A program made the position numbers and the translations under genes. Source: Eledone cirrhosa (lineage: Eukaryota). From it: DNA of 64,000 nt. The stretch covers positions 18,166,001 to 18,230,000 of the forward strand of contig OZ024765.1 of assembly GCA_964016885.1 (NCBI GenBank), given 5' to 3'. Positions within the stretch are counted from its first letter, which is position 1; each line of letters opens with the position of its first letter. The notes under the pieces were generated by a model. It made no database searches. It was not told the origin of the DNA and saw only the letters and a program-made list of their open reading frames with translations. Of the stretch, positions 26,146 to 39,268 are shown piece after piece.

Positions 26146-26189
26146 GAGGGTTCGACGTTTCGGGGTTAAGCCCGAAACATCGAACCTTC
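26146..26189. repeat. Fold-back of two hammerhead 3' halves
   Basis: GAGGGTTCGACGTTTCGGGGTTAAGCCCGAAACATCGAACCTTC. Each strand reads stem II-GAAA-C(G/A)TC. Confidence 0.6.
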
Positions 26190-26245
26190 TTTCCAATATA
26201 AAGCGTGAAACTAATAAGACTTTTTGTACCTCTGTTTGTCTCCTT

Positions 26246-26351
<106 letters not shown>

Positions 26352-26444
26352 CATAATCACAACACATGGAGAAAAGAGTCAAATGGGCATTACATGTTTC
26401 TTTACATAATTCTATACTTTAAATACTTTATATATCCCTAAAGT

Positions 26445-26489
<45 letters not shown>

Positions 26490-26528
26490 AATTAACAAAG
26501 AAGCCTTTAATACATTAAAAATCTTTAT

Positions 26529-26573
26529 TTGCTGACAATGTTTCGTCCCATTAATTAGGACTCATCAGAGCAA
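26529..26573 (-). ncRNA. Intact canonical hammerhead ribozyme
   Basis: Minus strand TTGCT-CTGATGA-GTCCT-AATTAAT-GGGAC-GAAA-CATTG-TC-AGCAA. All core residues, stems I and II and a GUC site are present. About 40 bp upstream of (TA)n. Confidence 0.9.
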
Positions 26574-27363
26574 GGAAAAGACAAAAAATATCATCGGCTA
26601 GAACAAGCCAAAATTCAGAAGAATAGCGAATGGATATTTAGGAAAATTATCATGGAAAGACATGTTAAACCTAATAGGGTGCATTGGTAAATAATTTTTC
26701 GGCTCTGTTTGATAACATTGAGCTATCTCTTATACTGTGATTTCTCTAATACGACGAGTGTGCTTGACTCTAATGCACTCAAGTATTGTTATCTTATATA
26801 TAAAAAAAATAAATAAATAAATTTAAAAAAAATAAAAAACAATTATGCATTCATATATTTTTATATCTGTATATCTGTTTGACCCGAAATAGGAGATCGA
26901 ATCTTCACTGTGTGGATAATTAGTTTAACCACCATCTCAGTGTGTTTGGCCTTTAACGTAAGTTGTAAGCTCTAATTCTTTTGAATTATTGAGCGCTTGC
27001 CTTACAATTCGAAAGTGTTTTTTCGTTATTTCATAGGCTGAAATTCGATTCTCGCTAATTTTTACTTGTATATATATATGTCTTAACGACATCACAACTT
27101 TCTCCGCTTGGCCTGTTCCCCCCCTTTTGGAACTTTTCCCACGTCGATGGGCGTGAGCCCGAAATATTGGGATTAAATCTCCACTACGGTAACCCTTCTA
27201 CCTTTGTTTTGTTTTCATCTTTGTCTCTCTCAATTTTCACTTTCACCTGTTTCTCCTATCTATCATTCACTTCCTACCTCGAGATTCCCCTCTGCATTGT
27301 TGTGGCTTTCTTAACTACGTATTTTACACATTTCACAATGCTTCAAGCAAACTTTAACACCCT

Positions 27364-27448
<85 letters not shown>

Positions 27449-27561
27449 TTCTCCGTGTTATGTCTCTGGTTGAACGATCGAATTAAAAAAAATATTTACA
27501 AAAACATCCCATGGACTTAGATGCTCTACATCTTGGATATCTTTACCAAACCAACACTACA

Positions 27562-27613
<52 letters not shown>

Positions 27614-27973
27614 ATGTATATATTTATGTGTATATATATATATATATATATATAGACTAGTTGTGTTGAGTTGATTGTGAGTGGTTAAAATTATTTAGAG
27701 AAAAATTGGGCAATGATGGGATAAAATGGAAGAAATGGAGAGCTACTTCTCTCAGGGGAGATAATTCAGAATTAAGATGATTTCATAGATTGGAGAGCTA
27801 TTCACCCGATAAATACTCTTCAAAGGGTTAGGTAATCATAATGATGGCCTCCCCGCAGCCCCGGCGGACAGAATGGAGAAGGCGTTTCCCCGAAGGATGG
27901 TAAGGGAGATGCGCATATATATACATGATGATTTCTCCCGAATGAAACAGTTCTAGTCTTGTATATATAAATC

Positions 27974-28013
<40 letters not shown>

Positions 28014-28067
28014 ATACTTGGGGAGGGTCATATTGTTGATTGATATTGCCACAAATCTATATATATT

Positions 28068-28229
28068 GGAAAATGTGTGAAATCCTTGGTACAGTTAGGT
28101 ATATATGAAAAAAGGAAAAGAATGACTTCGCTTGTAGTTCCAAACAGTTTGATTTAATTTTATATTATATCATAAAATTAAATCAAATTGTTTAGAACTA
28201 CAAGGGAAGTCATTCTTTTCCTTTTTTCA

Positions 28230-28230
<1 letters not shown>
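28068..28230. repeat. Fold-back element (arms ~28108-28162 / 28172-28230); related pieces at 22372-22440 and 59168-59270
   Basis: GAAAAAAGGAAAAGAATGACTT... and ...AAGTCATTCTTTTCCTTTTTTC, between TA tracts. Confidence 0.75.
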
Positions 28231-28262
<32 letters not shown>

Positions 28263-28271
<9 letters not shown>

Positions 28272-28338
28272 AATATATCTACATTTGTGTTAGACATTTG
28301 CCTCTAAGCTTTGGTCTATATGTATATATATGTATATA

Positions 28339-28369
<31 letters not shown>

Positions 28370-28883
28370 TAAAGAGTTAAACAATATTCAATGAGTATAT
28401 CAAAGAATGAGTTTTACAGTAGATTGGAAGCACTCTATGGGAAATAATTTTCCAGAGTTATTAATATTAAAATACAAATATTAATAAAATAGATGTTCTT
28501 TTTATCAATTACGTTTTATTATATATATTATACATAGGGCGGTGGATTGGCAGTATCAGTAGAGGGTCGGACGCCATGCTTTCCAGCATAGTTACGTCCC
28601 TTTACGATCTGAGTTCAAATCCCGCCGAGGTTGACTTTGCCTTTCATCCTTACGGGGTCGATAAAATAAAGTACCAGTAATGCACTGGGTAATTGCTGGC
28701 CCTGTGCCTAAAGTAGAAACAATTATATATATTATACATAATATGTAATTGATAAAAAGAACATCTATTTTATTAATATTTGTATTTTAATATTAATAAC
28801 TCTGGAAAATTATATCCCATAGAGTGCTTCCAATCTACTGTAAAACTCATTCTTTGATATACTCATTGAATATTGTTTAACTC

Positions 28884-28928
<45 letters not shown>

Positions 28929-28995
28929 TATATACATATATATACATATAGACCAAAGCTTAGAGGCAAATGTCTAACATAAATGTAGATATATT

Positions 28996-29005
<10 letters not shown>
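28263..29005. repeat. Large near-perfect palindrome (~250-bp arms) with a SINE inserted at its centre
   Basis: 28263-28513 is the reverse complement of ~28745-29005, including an internal TA tract. Confidence 0.9.
28535..28725 (+). mobile_element. SINE family 1, full length
   Basis: Consensus match with TSD ATTATATATATTATACATA. Confidence 0.93.
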
Positions 29006-29068
<63 letters not shown>

Positions 29069-29934
29069 AAGAAGCAAGTCGTGTGTTTTACGTACCTTTG
29101 TAAAATATAAGGCATCAAGCACTCCGGTGCCATTGTTGTATTGACATGGTGGGTATTTACAGGCTGGAAGGTAAAGAGTTATTTTAGAATCGTTATATTG
29201 TGAAAGCTTAGGATTGAGCATGTTCAAGCCCAGGGTATGTCTATAAATATGGTTGCAAGCTATAGGAAGACCTGTGTGTTGACATTGGAAGTCGTTTTAC
29301 AAACAGCTTTACGAAAATACACACAGTTATATACTAATATATAACATATATACTAATATACTAACATATATACTCATAAAACTCTGATTGCGTGTGTGTG
29401 GTTGTATGTAAGGTAATGCAGCCAAAATTGTGCATAATGGGAAAATACTTTGAAAGGAAGTTCCTCTTGAAATGGGAATACAAATGGAGTAAAACAAGTT
29501 TCGCGTAAATCGGAGCACGGGTTCCCGAGATATGGGGTTTTTCCGGGTACCTTCATAAACAAATAGAGAGAATGATAGAGAGAAAGAGATAGTGATTGTG
29601 AGAGAGTAGATTGAAAGAGAGACATAGAGATAGAGAAAGAGAGAAGGAAACTGAGAAAGCAAATGGAAGAAAGAGAGAGAGAGAGCTTCTGGTGTTGTTG
29701 AATGAAATCATTACACGTGGCTTCAAAGAATTACAGCATTACTCACATATATATATTTATACACAAACACATACACACACACACACATATATATGGGCCT
29801 TCCAATTTCATTTTACATCATGTACATGTCCCTGTATATTTTAATTATTTGATCTAATATATATATATATATATATGGGGGTGGGGGTGGAGTCCTCTAA
29901 TTTTCCTATGACCTCATTGGTTATTTCTGTTTAG

Positions 29935-30021
<87 letters not shown>

Positions 30022-30024
<3 letters not shown>

Positions 30025-30330
30025 GGAACAAGTATGACCCCGATGGCAGAGCTCAAGCCGTTCCAGAATTAGCCGTCGAAACGGCTTGAGCTCTGCCGTG
30101 GGGGTCATACTTGTTCCTATTACATACTCTACTACAATAAGTATTGAGTACTTTGGTGCGTTATGGTCCACCTGGTTCCTTACCACATTTCCTTCGTTAT
30201 ATATATATATATATATAGTAATAATAATATATGTGTGGTAAGGAACCAGGTGGACCATAACGCACCAGAGTACTCAATACTTAGGGTAGTAGAGTGGGTA
30301 ATAGGAAAAGTGTCAGGAGCTCAGCCGTCG
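30022..30330. mobile_element. Family E fold-back (hairpin 30022-30120) plus an inverted partial copy; hairpin repeated at 30843-30940
   Basis: GGAACAAGTATGACCCC...GCCGTT-loop-AACGGCTTGAGC...GGGGTCATACTTGTTCC. Confidence 0.8.
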
Positions 30331-30419
30331 GAGTCCTGGCCCTTTTCTGCTATTTCAAGCGTTAACCTAATATATGCCTTCCATATACTGTACCGATTGT
30401 GTCGTTATTTCTGTTTACC

Positions 30420-30490
<71 letters not shown>

Positions 30491-30601
30491 CATACATACA
30501 TACATACATACATACATACATACATACATACATACATACATACATACATACATACATACATAGAGAGAGAGAGAACCATATATCGTAGAGGAAACACAGT
30601 C

Positions 30602-30743
30602 TAATTGGTTCTACTTTGGCACAAGGCCACCAATTATCCCAGTGTATTACTGGTACTTTATTTTATCGACCCCGTAAGGATGAAAAGCAAAGTTAACCTT
30701 GGCGGGATTTGAACTCAGTCCGTAAAGGGACGTAACTATGCTG
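30602..30743 (-). mobile_element. SINE family 1, 5'-truncated
   Basis: Consensus match with GGAAACACAGT on both flanks. Confidence 0.85.
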
Positions 30744-30998
30744 CGGAAACACAGTATAATGTATATATACTAAATACATATTCCATAGAAAAATATGTAC
30801 TCAAGGTAGAATCATTAGAGAGACCTTATATATATATATATATAGGAACAAGTATGACCCCGATGGCAGAGCTCAAGCCGTTCCAGAATTAGCCGTCGAA
30901 ACGGCTTGAGCTCTGCCGTAGGGGTCATACTTGTTCCTATTACATACTCTACTACCATAAGTATTGAGTACTTATTTGATATATATATATATATATAT

Positions 30999-31187
30999 AA
31001 GTTTATCCCGGGTTCAATCGGGAGTAACCGCAGTAAGATGCTCAATACAAAGCAGAGTATAAATATTTATTATAGAAATGGCTTCTACAGGACTAGAACT
31101 GTTTCATTCGGGAGAAATCATCAGGGATTCCTGATGATTTATCCCGAATGAAACAGTTCTAGTCCTCGAGAAGCCATTTCTATATTA
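30999..31187. mobile_element. PLE-like fold-back family B with two opposed hammerhead cores
   Basis: ...TTTCATTCGGGAGAAATCATCAG-GGATTC-CTGATGA(31131)TTTATCCCGAAT-GAAA-CAGTTCTAGTC. Stem III and stem I pairing are non-canonical. Confidence 0.7.
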
Positions 31188-31204
31188 TATATATATATAT
31201 ATAT

Positions 31205-31415
31205 GTAGAAGTTATATTTAATTTGTTGGAATTGCGACAAATATAAATGTTTATAACTGATATACAGCACTCAACAGTTACTGGAGTAAATATTCCAAGA
31301 TATTAATAAATGGAAACTATTTATAAAACTATATTTATTTTATTATATATTTCAAGGGTGACCAAGCAATCTTGGTGCGCTTTCATCACATAAAATACAA
31401 GATTTGTTTTATAAA
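31205..31415 (-). mobile_element. Family A terminus, diverged, with a decayed hammerhead at 31336-31397
   Basis: Minus strand TATTTTAT-GTGATGA-AAGCGCACCAAGATTGCTTGGTCACCCTT-GAAA-TATATA-ATAAAAATA. Confidence 0.7.
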
Positions 31416-31417
31416 TA

Positions 31418-31537
31418 GTTGTTTCTACTTTTGGCACAAGGCCAGAAATTACCCAGTAGATTACTAGTACTTTATTTTATCGACCCCGTAAGGATGAAAG
31501 GCAAAGTTAACCTCGGCGGGATTTGAACTCAGAATGG
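31418..31537 (-). mobile_element. SINE family 1, truncated
   Basis: Consensus match. Confidence 0.85.
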
Positions 31538-31645
31538 AATTATAAATAATGAGATACCCATGGAAATCAACCTTAACGGTCGGACAATTCGCTGGATTCG
31601 CGAATGTTACGACCGTTAAGGTTGATTTCCATTTATTAATATCTT

Positions 31646-31680
<35 letters not shown>

Positions 31681-31685
<5 letters not shown>

Positions 31686-32237
31686 GAAATGACAGGAGGC
31701 TGGATTTGTGCAAATCCTTGAAAGGTTTATTATACTATGATCATTTCAATGACCGGGATCCGTATGAATCCGGTGATATCATCAGGTATTCGAAATATAA
31801 TACGTGAATGTAATAGATAAAATCCATGGGGCTGAAAATCGAGGACCCGAGGGCGACCGCTATTCTGTTCCTTCAACCTCAACCGCGACCGGCTGAGGTT
31901 GAAGGAACAGAATAGCGGTCGCCCTCGGGTCCTCGATTTTCAGCCCCATGGATTTTATCTATTACATTCACGTATTATATTTCGAATACCTGATGATATC
32001 ACCGGATTCATACGGAACCCGGTCATTGAAATGATCATAGTATAATAAACCTTTCAAGGATTTGCACAAATCCAGCCTCCTGTCATTTCATTATAATATT
32101 TAACTCCGTAATAGCACCACCAACTACAAAAACAAAGACGGTTGAACTGCTTTACGTTGAATACTCTCTATATTATTGCATTACGATTGACCATACGGAA
32201 TAGACCAGCTCTATACAGTGGTGAACCTCAAACCTGA

Positions 32238-32243
<6 letters not shown>
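31681..32243. mobile_element. PLE-like fold-back family C: ~200-bp nearly perfect arms, hammerheads at ~31732-31790 (minus) and 31986-32043 (plus)
   Basis: ATAC-CTGATGA(31990)-stem II ACCGG...CCGGT-GAAA(32028)-TGATCA-TA-GTAT. Centre ~31888. The right arm continues ~145 bp to (TA)n. Confidence 0.88.
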
Positions 32244-32269
<26 letters not shown>

Positions 32270-32459
32270 CTTTTTCTTTTGATTTATTATGGCACTAGAT
32301 AATGTCTCTTGAGCTTGCTTATTGAGAAACTCAACATTTTAACCTATTTGATATGTTTTCATACTTTACTTGAATTTAACACCTCTAAATCTCTTAACTT
32401 GTTGAGCTGAGGTGACTATAATTTCCGCAGCTATTTCTAGCAGAATTAACGTCCACCTT

Positions 32460-32672
32460 GTGTGGCTGGTTGGTTAGAGAATAGTATTGATTGGCAATCG
32501 TGAGGTTGTGAGTTCGATTCCAGGACCGGGTAATGCGCTCTGTCCTTGAACAAGACACTTTACTTCACGTTGCTCTTTCTACCTGGAGTTGCGACCGATA
32601 GATAGTACTAGCAACTGGAAAGACCAACGGAAACTTTGTTTCATCGGTTCGATTTGACGAAAATCGATCGAC
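32460..32672 (+). mobile_element. SINE family 2, second copy
   Basis: Homologous to 21378-21590. Confidence 0.8.
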
Positions 32673-32852
32673 TCCTTGTTGGTATCTATTACCTGAGGGT
32701 TATCGTTATTACACCTTCAGCATAATGGTGGCATCGCAAGCAGCTCTGGATATTGGCAACAATATTGTTCCATATACTATTTTTGCTTCTATATTTCTCT
32801 CAGAACGCTGAGACTATAACCTCTGATGTGTTCTGAGTGTCCTGTGGTATAA

Positions 32853-33220
32853 TTATTGTTTCTACTTTAGGCACAAGGCCAGCAATTACCCAGTGCATTA
32901 CTGGTACTTTATTTTATCGACCCCGTAAGGATGAAAGGCAAAGTCAACCTCGGCGGGATTTGAACTCAGATCGTAAAGGGACGTCACTATGCTGGAAAGC
33001 ATGGCGTCCGACCCTCTACCGATACTGCCAATCCACCGCCCTAGCATGGCGTCCGACCCTCTACCGATACTGCCAATCCACCACCCTAGCATGGCGTCCG
33101 CCCCTCTACCGATACTGCCAATCCACCGCCCTAGCATGGCGTCCGACCCTCCACCGATACTGCCAATCCACCGCCCTAGCATGGCGTCCGACCCTCTACC
33201 GATACTGCCAATCCACCGCC
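32853..33220 (-). mobile_element. SINE family 1 with five tandem 45-bp copies of its head
   Basis: AGCATGGCGTCCGACCCTCTACCGATACTGCCAATCCACCGCCCT at 32998, 33043, 33088, 33133 and 33178. TGTGGTATA on both flanks. Confidence 0.92.
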
Positions 33221-33462
33221 TGTGGTATACTTATAATCGATAGTTTGTTTCCGATGATCGATTAGATTGATTTATTTTGAACTACACTCTATAGAATATG
33301 AAATATCGTTCTAAGGTCTCTCTCATGATTCCACTTTGAGTACATATTCTTCCATAGAATATATATTTAGTATATATATATACAATATACCGTGTTTACT
33401 CTACGATACAGGGGTCTTTCGCTATATGTATATATATATACATATATATGTATATATATGTA

Positions 33463-33744
<282 letters not shown>

Positions 33745-33745
33745 C

Positions 33746-33781
<36 letters not shown>

Positions 33782-33837
33782 GCATATATATATATATATA
33801 TATATGCATATATATATATATATATATATATGTATGC

Positions 33838-33975
<138 letters not shown>

Positions 33976-33976
33976 T

Positions 33977-34007
<31 letters not shown>

Positions 34008-34010
34008 GTA

Positions 34011-34079
<69 letters not shown>

Positions 34080-34176
34080 GTATGTATATATGTGTGTACA
34101 CACGCATATATATATATATATATATATATATAACAACTATATATATATATATATATATACATACATACATACATAC

Positions 34177-34241
<65 letters not shown>

Positions 34242-34349
34242 CATATATATATATGTATGTATATATATATATATATATATAGTTGTTATATAGTAAAATA
34301 TAGATTAAAATGATTGGAAATGTATACCATGCCTTCGCATCTTTATTTT

Positions 34350-34394
<45 letters not shown>

Positions 34395-34477
34395 AAAAAA
34401 ATGTTTAATTTATAATAAATTGGAGTAAACATCTGGTGCGTGTGTTTCTTATTGGCAACATGACCCTCCCAAAGTAT

Positions 34478-34520
<43 letters not shown>

Positions 34521-34528
<8 letters not shown>

Positions 34529-34667
34529 AATAACAGGAGGCTGGACTGGTGTAATTCCTTAAAGGTTTATTATACTATGAACATTTCAATGCTCGGGTTC
34601 AGTATGAATCCGGTGACATCATCAGGTATTCGAAATTTTACAAAGGAATATAATCCATGGGGCTGAG
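34521..34667 (-). mobile_element. Family C terminus with a hammerhead at ~34572-34630
   Basis: Minus strand ATAC-CTGATGA-TGTCACCGG...-GAAA-TGTTCA-TA-GTAT. Confidence 0.75.
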
Positions 34668-34702
34668 AAGGAATACAAAGATACATACATACATACATAC
34701 AA

Positions 34703-34912
34703 TTTTGCATCTAATAACTGCATATACCTATGCACACATACGACTCAAAACATTCACATCCACACATACAATAACATCCATATCTATACATGCATGCATA
34801 CATACATATCTACCTCGTTGATGTGTAATTTCCAATGAGAGAGTCTTGTGTCTATGTTAGAAACCGACTCTCTCTCTTGGGAAAAATTTGTGAAATTATA
34901 AAATCAGAAGAA
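34703..34912 (+). mobile_element. Solo 3' UTR of the R4-like element, in (TACA)n
   Basis: Homologous to 35973-36197. Confidence 0.75.
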
Positions 34913-34980
34913 CATACATACATACATACATACATACATACATACATACATACATACATACATACATACATACATACATA

Positions 34981-35589
34981 CATGGTGGCTGCCAACTCGT
35001 TTTCGAGTACGGCCACTACTTTATATCCATGTAGGAGAACCCCTACCGATGCGCTGAACGAGTGTGACTTTTTAGTCCAGCCAGCGACTTGAATACTCTA
35101 GTACAAACACTACACTTGTGACAATTATTGACACATAGTGCTGGGCCCATGGTACCATGTGACGACAAGTGCAGAGAGATCTCCAGATACAAAGCAATGC
35201 CTGTGCCGTGAAGCTTTTATAGTGAGCAAAGGCACTGCACAAAGCCAGTCCCACTCTCTTAACCAAGATGATATTTACCAAAAAGAACAACTCAACACCA
35301 TTGAATACCATCAGGGTTGCAGGTGTTATATCAGAGTTTTCCTTCTCCTAGAATTCTGCCTTGACAAAGGCTAAGGGGTCATCTCTCCCGGTGATTTTGG
35401 ATGGCCATTGACTCTTATGAGCTCCTTTGCCCGTTGACAGGTTTTGTTTTTAGTCCTGCAGGATGTCCAAAGTCACCCTCCTCACCAAGAAACCTTGGTG
35501 GGATTGCCAGTTTAGTCGCCAACGACCCGACCATGAGACAGGTTGTACTGGGATACAGGTTACCAGTAGCACCAACTGGTGACCTGACA
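34981..35589 (-). mobile_element. ~610-bp interspersed element (copy 2)
   Basis: Reverse complement of 19358-19967, flanked by (TACA)n. Confidence 0.8.
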
Positions 35590-35606
35590 TCAACATACAT
35601 ACATAC

Positions 35607-36197
35607 TTTTCCAGTAAAAACCCCAATAAAATGCAGGCATAACAGACCAGATATTATGATATGGGACAGGGAGAAGACAACATACACAGTAGTGGAAGTT
35701 AGCAGCCCAGCAGATGCCAATATAATATCAAAGATTATTGAAAAGGAGAATATTTATGCAGAACTGATGAGAAATCTGCAGATACTCCACCCTTATTACA
35801 CCTTCAGATTTATGCCTGTGATTATTGGGGCACTGGTATATGTTAGTAACTGCCTCAATACAAATCTTGAGAAGCTAGGCTTAACAGGAACAGAAAGAAC
35901 ACAACTAGTTAGGAAATTACAAGTACAATCCATTAATGGAACAGTAAAAATATGTAAAACATTCCAAAAATGTTGCATCTAATAACTGCATATACACATG
36001 TACAGATGCAAAGCATATACACATGCACACATACATCTCAAAACATACAATAACATCCATATCTACACATGCATGCATGCATACATACATATCTACCTAG
36101 TTGATGTTGTGTAAATTCCAATGAGAGAGTCTTGTGTCTATGTTAGAAACCGACTCTCTCTCTATTGGTAAAACTTTGTGAAATTATAAAACCAGAA
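35607..36197 (+). mobile_element. 5'-truncated R4/Dong-like non-LTR retrotransposon: restriction-like endonuclease domain plus 3' UTR
   Basis: HNRPDIMIWDREK...VVEVSSPADANI...EKENIYAEL...PVIIGALVYV matches the RLE PD-(D/E)xK domain. Stop at 35982. Flanked by (TACA)n. Confidence 0.85.
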
Positions 36198-36198
36198 A

Positions 36199-36230
<32 letters not shown>

Positions 36231-36294
36231 AACATACATACATACATACATACATATAAACATACATACATACATACATACATACATACATACA

Positions 36295-36326
<32 letters not shown>

Positions 36327-36902
36327 AACATACATACATACATGGTGTAGGTTGTTCAGTAATTTTGTTCAATACTGATAGTTGCTCGACTATGCGCAAT
36401 CGGTGCTATAACAGAGTGAATATATTTTGCATGAGATAACGAACTTTCACTTTAAATATTGTTATTTGCTGCATAGCAAATCGAACGTTACACATGTTTC
36501 ACAAATAATTAGCTCTCTGTCTTTACTTATGTAATAGAATTAACTCCAGTTTCGATCAACTCATTAGGTATGCGGAATACAAACAAATCATCTTCAACTC
36601 ATCATGTCATTACAGTAGCAGGTTTTGGAAAGGCATGGGCTTCACAACTTCACTTTAATGGGAATCTCGTTGACCTTAACACGAACCACCGAACACTAAT
36701 TGTGAAACTCTATCCGGTTTCTTCAATGTATGGCGACTTATACACGGCATAGAAAAGCGTGGGTTAAAAACATACATTTTTTTTTATTAACCAGTCTATA
36801 ACTATATACACCAGTTTGTGCGTGTGTATGTATATGTGAGTGTATGTATATGCGTGTTTATATATACACATATAGACGCCATATATATATATATATATAC
36901 AT

Positions 36903-36951
<49 letters not shown>

Positions 36952-36992
36952 AGGATTCGGTTGTCAATACACACATACACACACACACATAT

Positions 36993-37052
<60 letters not shown>

Positions 37053-37073
37053 CATACATATATATATATATAT

Positions 37074-37140
<67 letters not shown>

Positions 37141-37222
37141 CATACATATATATATATACATACATATATATATATACATACATATATATATATATACATA
37201 CATACATACATATATATATACA

Positions 37223-37258
<36 letters not shown>

Positions 37259-37328
37259 TACATACATACATATATATACATATATATATATATACATACA
37301 TACATACATACATACATACATACATACA

Positions 37329-37362
<34 letters not shown>

Positions 37363-37388
37363 CATACATATATACATACATACATACA

Positions 37389-37429
<41 letters not shown>

Positions 37430-37454
37430 ATACGGATACCAATACACACATACG

Positions 37455-37487
<33 letters not shown>

Positions 37488-37586
37488 TAATATGTGTATA
37501 TATATATATATGTGTGTGTGTGTGTATATATATATGTGTATATATATATATATGTGTGTGTGTGTGTCTGTGTATATATATATGTG

Positions 37587-37617
<31 letters not shown>

Positions 37618-37744
37618 CTGTGTATATATATATGTGTGTATATATATATATATGTGTGTGTGTGTTTGTGTAATGTAACTCTGTACATATGGTGACAATG
37701 TAAACAGTATTTGTCTTGAAATCATTGGAGGTGGCAAACTTGAT

Positions 37745-38125
37745 ACACACATACACACATATGGGCAGACATACATACACACACACAGTGATAAACATAC
37801 GGACACACACATACATACACACATATGGGCAGACATACATACACACACACAGTGATAAACATACGGACACACACATACATACACACATATGTGCAGACAT
37901 ACATACACACACACAGTGATAAACATACGGACACACACATACATACACACATATGTGCAGACATACATACACACACACAGTGATAAACATACGGACACAC
38001 ACACACATACACACATATGTGCAGACATACATACGCACACACAGTGATAAACATACGGACACACACACACATACACACATATGTGCAGACATACATACAC
38101 ACACACAGATAAACATACGGACACA
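37745..38125. repeat. ~64-bp CA-rich minisatellite
   Basis: CATATGTGCAGACATAC...CAGTGATAAACATACGGAC, about 6 copies. Confidence 0.9.
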
Positions 38126-38228
38126 TACATACATACATATATATGTATATATATATATAATCCATATATGCATACACATATACAAATAATTATATATGTG
38201 TATATATATCCATACATATATGCATACT

Positions 38229-38284
<56 letters not shown>

Positions 38285-38369
38285 CGGTACTTACTTACGT
38301 ATATACATAGACACATACATACATACATACTTACATATATACATACACACATACATAAATACACACACG

Positions 38370-38430
<61 letters not shown>

Positions 38431-38904
38431 GCACACATACATACATATATACATACATACACGCACACATACATACATATATACATACATACACACACAC
38501 ACATAAATACATATATACATAAATACACACGCACACACACATATATATACATACATACACACACACATAACTCCATAAATACATACACACACACACACAG
38601 ACACACACATATATATATATATACATACATACATACACACATACATAAGTACATATGTCTGAGCGTCCAATCGCGGGAATATCCTGGAAAGAAGAAGAGG
38701 AAAGATTCCTGTTTCCAGGAGACAACTCCAGAGAGTTTGAGCTGAGGAAAGTTCCATAAATTACCCCTTCACTCTCTTTAGGAATTAGTGATAGAAAGGT
38801 GCCTATATGTAGGAGGAGTGGCAATTTATTGGAGGAGGTTGACTGCAGCTCAGTGGCGGAGAGGGTCACGGAATGAAGAGAGTTGAGGAAGAGAGGGGGA
38901 AGGG

Positions 38905-38946
38905 GAGGGAATAAGTTGTATCTCTGTGTAGGGACAGAGAGATAAA

Positions 38947-38989
<43 letters not shown>

Positions 38990-39144
38990 TAAGTTGTGTC
39001 TCTGTGTAGGGACACAGAGATAAAGGAAGAGAGAGAGAGAGAGAGGGTGGGAGTAAGTTGTGTCTCTGTGTAGGGACAGAGAGATAAAGGAAGAGAGAGA
39101 GGGTGGGAGTAAGTTGTGTCTCTGTGTAGGGACACAGAGATAAA

Positions 39145-39186
<42 letters not shown>

Positions 39187-39226
39187 GGGAGTAAGTTGTG
39201 TCTCTGTGTAGGGACACAGAGATAAA

Positions 39227-39268
<42 letters not shown>

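Noticed and set aside
27138-27172. GGGCGTGAGCCC-GAAA hairpin resembling a hammerhead 3' half
   Set aside because: The upstream core is too degenerate to call, although it may be a decayed copy.
29070-29320. Minus-strand LDALYFTK, reminiscent of a GIY-YIG C-terminal LEALYI motif
   Set aside because: Single short motif with no supporting residues identifiable by eye.
32998-33220. CRISPR-like direct repeats (also 38905-39480 and 63573-63790)
   Set aside because: No unique spacers, no cas genes and a eukaryotic context.
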